A DNA stretch of 32,930 nucleotides from Deltaproteobacteria bacterium (GTDB taxonomy: Bacteria; Desulfobacterota; Desulfobacteria; Desulfobacterales; JAFDFH01): positions 1 to 32,930 of the forward strand of contig JAFDFH010000004.1 in the NCBI GenBank assembly GCA_019309945.1, in the 5' to 3' direction. Positions 30,152 to 32,930 of this stretch are shown one piece after another; position 1 is the first letter of the stretch; each line of letters begins with the position of its first letter. The notes under the pieces are model-generated. The model saw nothing but the letters and a program-made list of their open reading frames with translations. It had not been told where the DNA came from and made no database searches. Both the position numbers and the translations under genes were made by a program.

Positions 30152-30673
30152 TTATTTTGGCGCCAGGACCATCATCATCATACGGCCCTCAAATTTGGGG
30201 AACTGCTCCACTATTGAGATGTCAGCAGTTTCTATCGAAATTTTTTCAAGTAAATCTTTCCCGCGCTGGGAAAACGCAATTTCACGCCCCCTGAAAATCA
30301 CAGAGACTTTGACCTTGTCTTTTTTTTCTAAAAATTTCTTGATATGACCGAGCTTGACCTGCAGATCGTGATCACTTGTTCTTGGGCGTATTTTTATCTC
30401 CTTAATCTGAAACGTGCTTTGCTTTTTTTTTGCTTCCTGTTGTTTTTTGGTCTGTTCATATTTGAACCGACCATAATCCATTATCTTGCAAACAGGGGGA
30501 TTTGCGCTGGGAGATATTTCAACCAGATCTAGACCAAAATCAGCAGCCGTTGCCAGTGCCTTATATGTTGGAATAATGCCAACCTGATTCCCGTCAGGAT
30601 CGATTACTCTCACCTCTTTTGCTCTTATATCCTTGTTAATATTTGTTCTGTTTACTTGTCTTGGTCTAGCTAT
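30152..30673 (-). CDS. infC: Translation initiation factor IF-3 (non-canonical ATA start)
   Basis: VRVIDPDG, LDLVEISP, PPVCKIMDYG, FRGRE. The frame is open 20 codons upstream of the GTG at 30613 to ATA at 30673, preceded by AGGAGGTGA. Confidence 0.96.
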   Translation of the reverse strand: MARPRQVNRTNINKDIRAKEVRVIDPDGNQVGIIPTYKALATAADFGLDLVEISPSANPPVCKIMDYGRFKYEQTKKQQEAKKKQSTFQIKEIKIRPRTSDHDLQVKLGHIKKFLEKKDKVKVSVIFRGREIAFSQRGKDLLEKISIETADISIVEQFPKFEGRMMMMVLAPK

Positions 30674-30891
30674 ACCTTCACCTCCTAAAATTCGAATTCG
30701 TTTTTTCTTTTTTAAGGATGCTGAATGGAATGAAATCGTGTAGATGAATATAGAATAACATTAGGAAATGCAAGAAAAAAATGCAAGAAAAAATGAAGGG
30801 CCAAGACCGGGAGAAATCGTTGCGTTTTTAAATGAAATAATTCTTCCAACCCTGTGATACGTTGACGTGATGGAAAACGGACAGGAAAAGT

Positions 30892-31392
30892 TTACTGGCC
30901 AAGTGTATGTTCGGCTAAAAGGCTTCCTTTACAGTAAGTATTTTTTGGATTTTGAAAATAGGCTTTTAAAAGTTCGAGACTCTCTTTACGCAATATGTTC
31001 GGTATGATGGATATTTTACGATTTTTGTACAAAGGGGTTAGTTTTGTCAAATCACAGCAGGTGCCCCCACCCATGACGTCTTCATAGGCGTATACGATTT
31101 TCCCAATACCGCTGAGTAAAATGGCGCCGAAACACATCAAACAGGGTTCTAAGGTACAAAACAGTGTGATTCCGCTTGGATCTATATCCTTGTTGAGATC
31201 TACAAATCGTCGTAAGGCCACCATTTCGGCATGGTCTATTTCATTCAGGGAATCTGCTGTAGTTCCTGTTCGGGATCCAGTAACAAGAACCTTGCCCTGA
31301 AATACCATGACACATCCAACAGGGAATTCCCCCACAGAAAAAGCGGATTTGGCCTGGTCCAAAGCTTTTTTCATAATTTTTTCGTAATTCAT
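30892..31392 (-). CDS. Nucleoside/tRNA adenosine deaminase family protein (TadA-like)
   Basis: GEFPVGC, HAE and TLEPCLMC zinc motifs. The upstream ORF extension lies in a MITE, so ATG 31392 (or 31404) is preferred. Confidence 0.88.
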   Translation of the reverse strand: MNYEKIMKKALDQAKSAFSVGEFPVGCVMVFQGKVLVTGSRTGTTADSLNEIDHAEMVALRRFVDLNKDIDPSGITLFCTLEPCLMCFGAILLSGIGKIVYAYEDVMGGGTCCDLTKLTPLYKNRKISIIPNILRKESLELLKAYFQNPKNTYCKGSLLAEHTLGQ

Positions 31393-31408
31393 ATTGTTTC
31401 CCATCCTA

Positions 31409-31549
31409 GTGTCCATCCATAAATTAGGATTTTTGTTCAAGATCAAGGCCTGCGAAAAAAATAACCACAGGCATATAGCTGATATTCCGAGGATTATTTT
31501 TTGAGCATAACGAAGAGGTTGGGCAAAAAGACCATTTATGGATGGGCCC
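31409..31549 (-). mobile_element. MITE family B, copy 4 (diverged, inverted; TIR GTGTCCATCCATAAAT)
   Basis: GTGTCCATCCATAAAT / ATTTATGGATGGGCCC ends flanked by TA on both sides. Interior TTTGTTCAAGATCAAGG...AACCACAGG...CGAGGATTA...TTGAGC...GTTGGGCAAAA is the reverse complement of the family B core. Confidence 0.82.
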
Positions 31550-31553
31550 TAAC

Positions 31554-32105
31554 CTACAACCTACAAATCGTGTCGTCACATGGACAACTTCCATCAACTT
31601 CATAGGCATAGACAATCCTGGATTCCATTTCCGCCCGGTTTGCCGAAATTGGCTTAAACCGAATATCCGCAACTCTTTGCACCAATGTCATTTTGGAAGG
31701 AATTGAATCCAGGCCGCTTTGGATCACCTTCCCGGTGGCACCATCTAAAATCTCGGCGTCTTCGCCATTTGTGACAACAACAATTGGAACCTGATAAGAC
31801 GCAACCAGTCTTGATGCCGCCAGTGCCGGGCGATGTCGGGTCACAATGGAGCCGGGCCCGTATTTTATTATCATACAAACCTTACCGGACAGGAAAATCT
31901 TAAAATCGACCTTGACAATTGCACTTTTATCCCCGGCTTTTACAAGAAGTTTACATCGTGGTTCAATTTCATTTTTGGCATACTTCTTTTTTTCTACCAA
32001 CAGACGCGCCAAGTTCTGCCGATACCGTTCATCATGGGTATCTTCTAAGGTTTCACCGGTGATAAAATCGATTAATTCGCCAAGTATAAGGTGATGCCCA
32101 GTCAT
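31554..32105 (-). CDS. Stand-alone type I restriction enzyme HsdR N-terminal-like (HSDR_N) domain protein
   Basis: DFITG...DERYRQ.LAR.L...K.Y, VDF.I, IVVVTNG pattern recalled for HSDR_N_2-like proteins. Confidence 0.7.
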   Translation of the reverse strand: MTGHHLILGELIDFITGETLEDTHDERYRQNLARLLVEKKKYAKNEIEPRCKLLVKAGDKSAIVKVDFKIFLSGKVCMIIKYGPGSIVTRHRPALAASRLVASYQVPIVVVTNGEDAEILDGATGKVIQSGLDSIPSKMTLVQRVADIRFKPISANRAEMESRIVYAYEVDGSCPCDDTICRL

Positions 32106-32118
32106 AATCGCTCAAGTT

Positions 32119-32270
32119 GAGCCAATTTCAAAACGTCCCATTTTGCCCAATCTCTGCGTCAGGCTCAAAGTTTAATCCTAGAAATACCCAATGTATTCCG
32201 GCGGTTAATCCGCCTCAGGCGGATCGCCTTCCTTGACCTTGAACAAACTGAAACGTTTTGAAACGGGCTC
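32119..32270 (+). mobile_element. MITE family B, copy 3 (152 bp, with nested palindrome)
   Basis: Same TIR type as copy 2; flanked by GTT on both sides; contains extra ATCCGCCTCAGGCGGAT. Confidence 0.88.
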
Positions 32271-32451
32271 GTTAATAAAAAATGTCCTTCACCCATCATC
32301 AGAATAACATGATAACATTCCAAGCCGATTATAGTGATGAGAATTTATGGAAGTCAAAGTAAATTTTTCGAATAAAATATCAGTCAGTGGAACAACGGAC
32401 ATCCATCTGCCATCTCGTATCTGTCGAAGGGTTTAGCGGGTAAAACGATTA

Positions 32452-32721
32452 GTAACTTCTCAATATATTCCGGTAGGCCTGCTACGCCATCCGGTCATTT
32501 TTTTCAATACAGCCAAAACTTGCCGTTAAGGGCGCCTAACAGTGACCCGCGCACGGGATCTAAAATGAGTGTGTCGCTTGGCACAAACAGGCTACAATCA
32601 ACAATTGATGCTGTTCGGGTCACTGTAAGCCGCCCTAAACGGCTTCAAACAGTTGCCCGCTTTGAAAAAAATGACCGGATGACTCCGCTGGTAGTTTAAC
32701 CATAAGTTTTTGAGAAGCTAC
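32452..32721 (+). mobile_element. MITE family A, copy 3 (270 bp, best preserved)
   Basis: TIR GTAACTTCTCAA / TTGAGAAGCTAC; 8-bp target duplication AACGATTA (32444-32451, 32722-32729). Confidence 0.92.
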
Positions 32722-32781
32722 AACGATTATTTGAAACCATTTGAAATTATATCAAATATCTTTTAATAGATGACTCACATC

Positions 32782-32811
32782 TTGACATCGGCACTTTTTT
32801 CCCCATATCAT
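32782..32811 (+). promoter_or_regulatory. Putative sigma70 promoter for a gene beyond the window
   Basis: TTGACA-18 bp-TATCAT. Confidence 0.4.
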
Positions 32812-32930
32812 TATAAGTAACCGTTCACGGAACGTTGAAATTAGAAAATAGAAATTGGGAATTTGGCCTTCATGCTTTTGTACTGTTGATGAACGCATTC
32901 AATTGGGGGCCCAGTTTTTCAACTATTGCT

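Noticed and set aside
30766-30793. 13-bp tandem duplication AAATGCAAGAAAA upstream of infC
   Set aside because: Most simply a slippage duplication in an A-rich promoter region.
32534-32631. Integron attC-like reading of the family A inner stem (GCCTAAC ... GTAAGCC)
   Set aside because: The right end is not GTTRRRY, there is no cassette array or integrase, and TIR plus duplication explain it better.
84-32721. Direct repeats near both window ends suggesting a composite transposon or circular element
   Set aside because: Copy 3 has its own target duplication, the copies differ by about 10 percent, and they enclose essential housekeeping genes.
84-32721. CRISPR array or cas genes
   Set aside because: The repeats are long and dispersed, with no regular repeat-spacer periodicity and no cas-like ORFs.

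Overview
A moderately AT-rich bacterial chromosomal segment, probably from an anaerobic Desulfobacterota/Desulfobacterales-like organism (inferred from gene content, not verified). The right two thirds hold two minus-strand housekeeping blocks: infC-rpmI-rplT-pheS-pheT-merR-tRNA-Gly(CCC), and rimP-nusA-infB-DUF503-rbfA-DHH-truB-rpsO-pnp-M16 peptidase-dut-MBL hydrolase. The left third is accessory. On the minus strand it carries a hybrid kinase, polysaccharide deacetylase, small membrane protein and radical SAM gene cluster, then a cNMP-binding protein with a RACo-type corrinoid activator. On the plus strand it carries an orphan protein resembling only the C-terminal part of BREX BrxC, a stand-alone PocR sensor and a DUF362 Fe-S protein. 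The most unusual signal is non-coding: at least seven miniature inverted-repeat elements with no transposase in the window. Family A (270 bp, GTAACTTCTCAA ends, 8-bp target duplications, folds end to end) has three copies. Family B (about 142 bp) has four copies sharing a covarying hairpin core enclosed by three different sets of terminal inverted repeats. All protein family calls come from motif recognition by eye; no database search was run.
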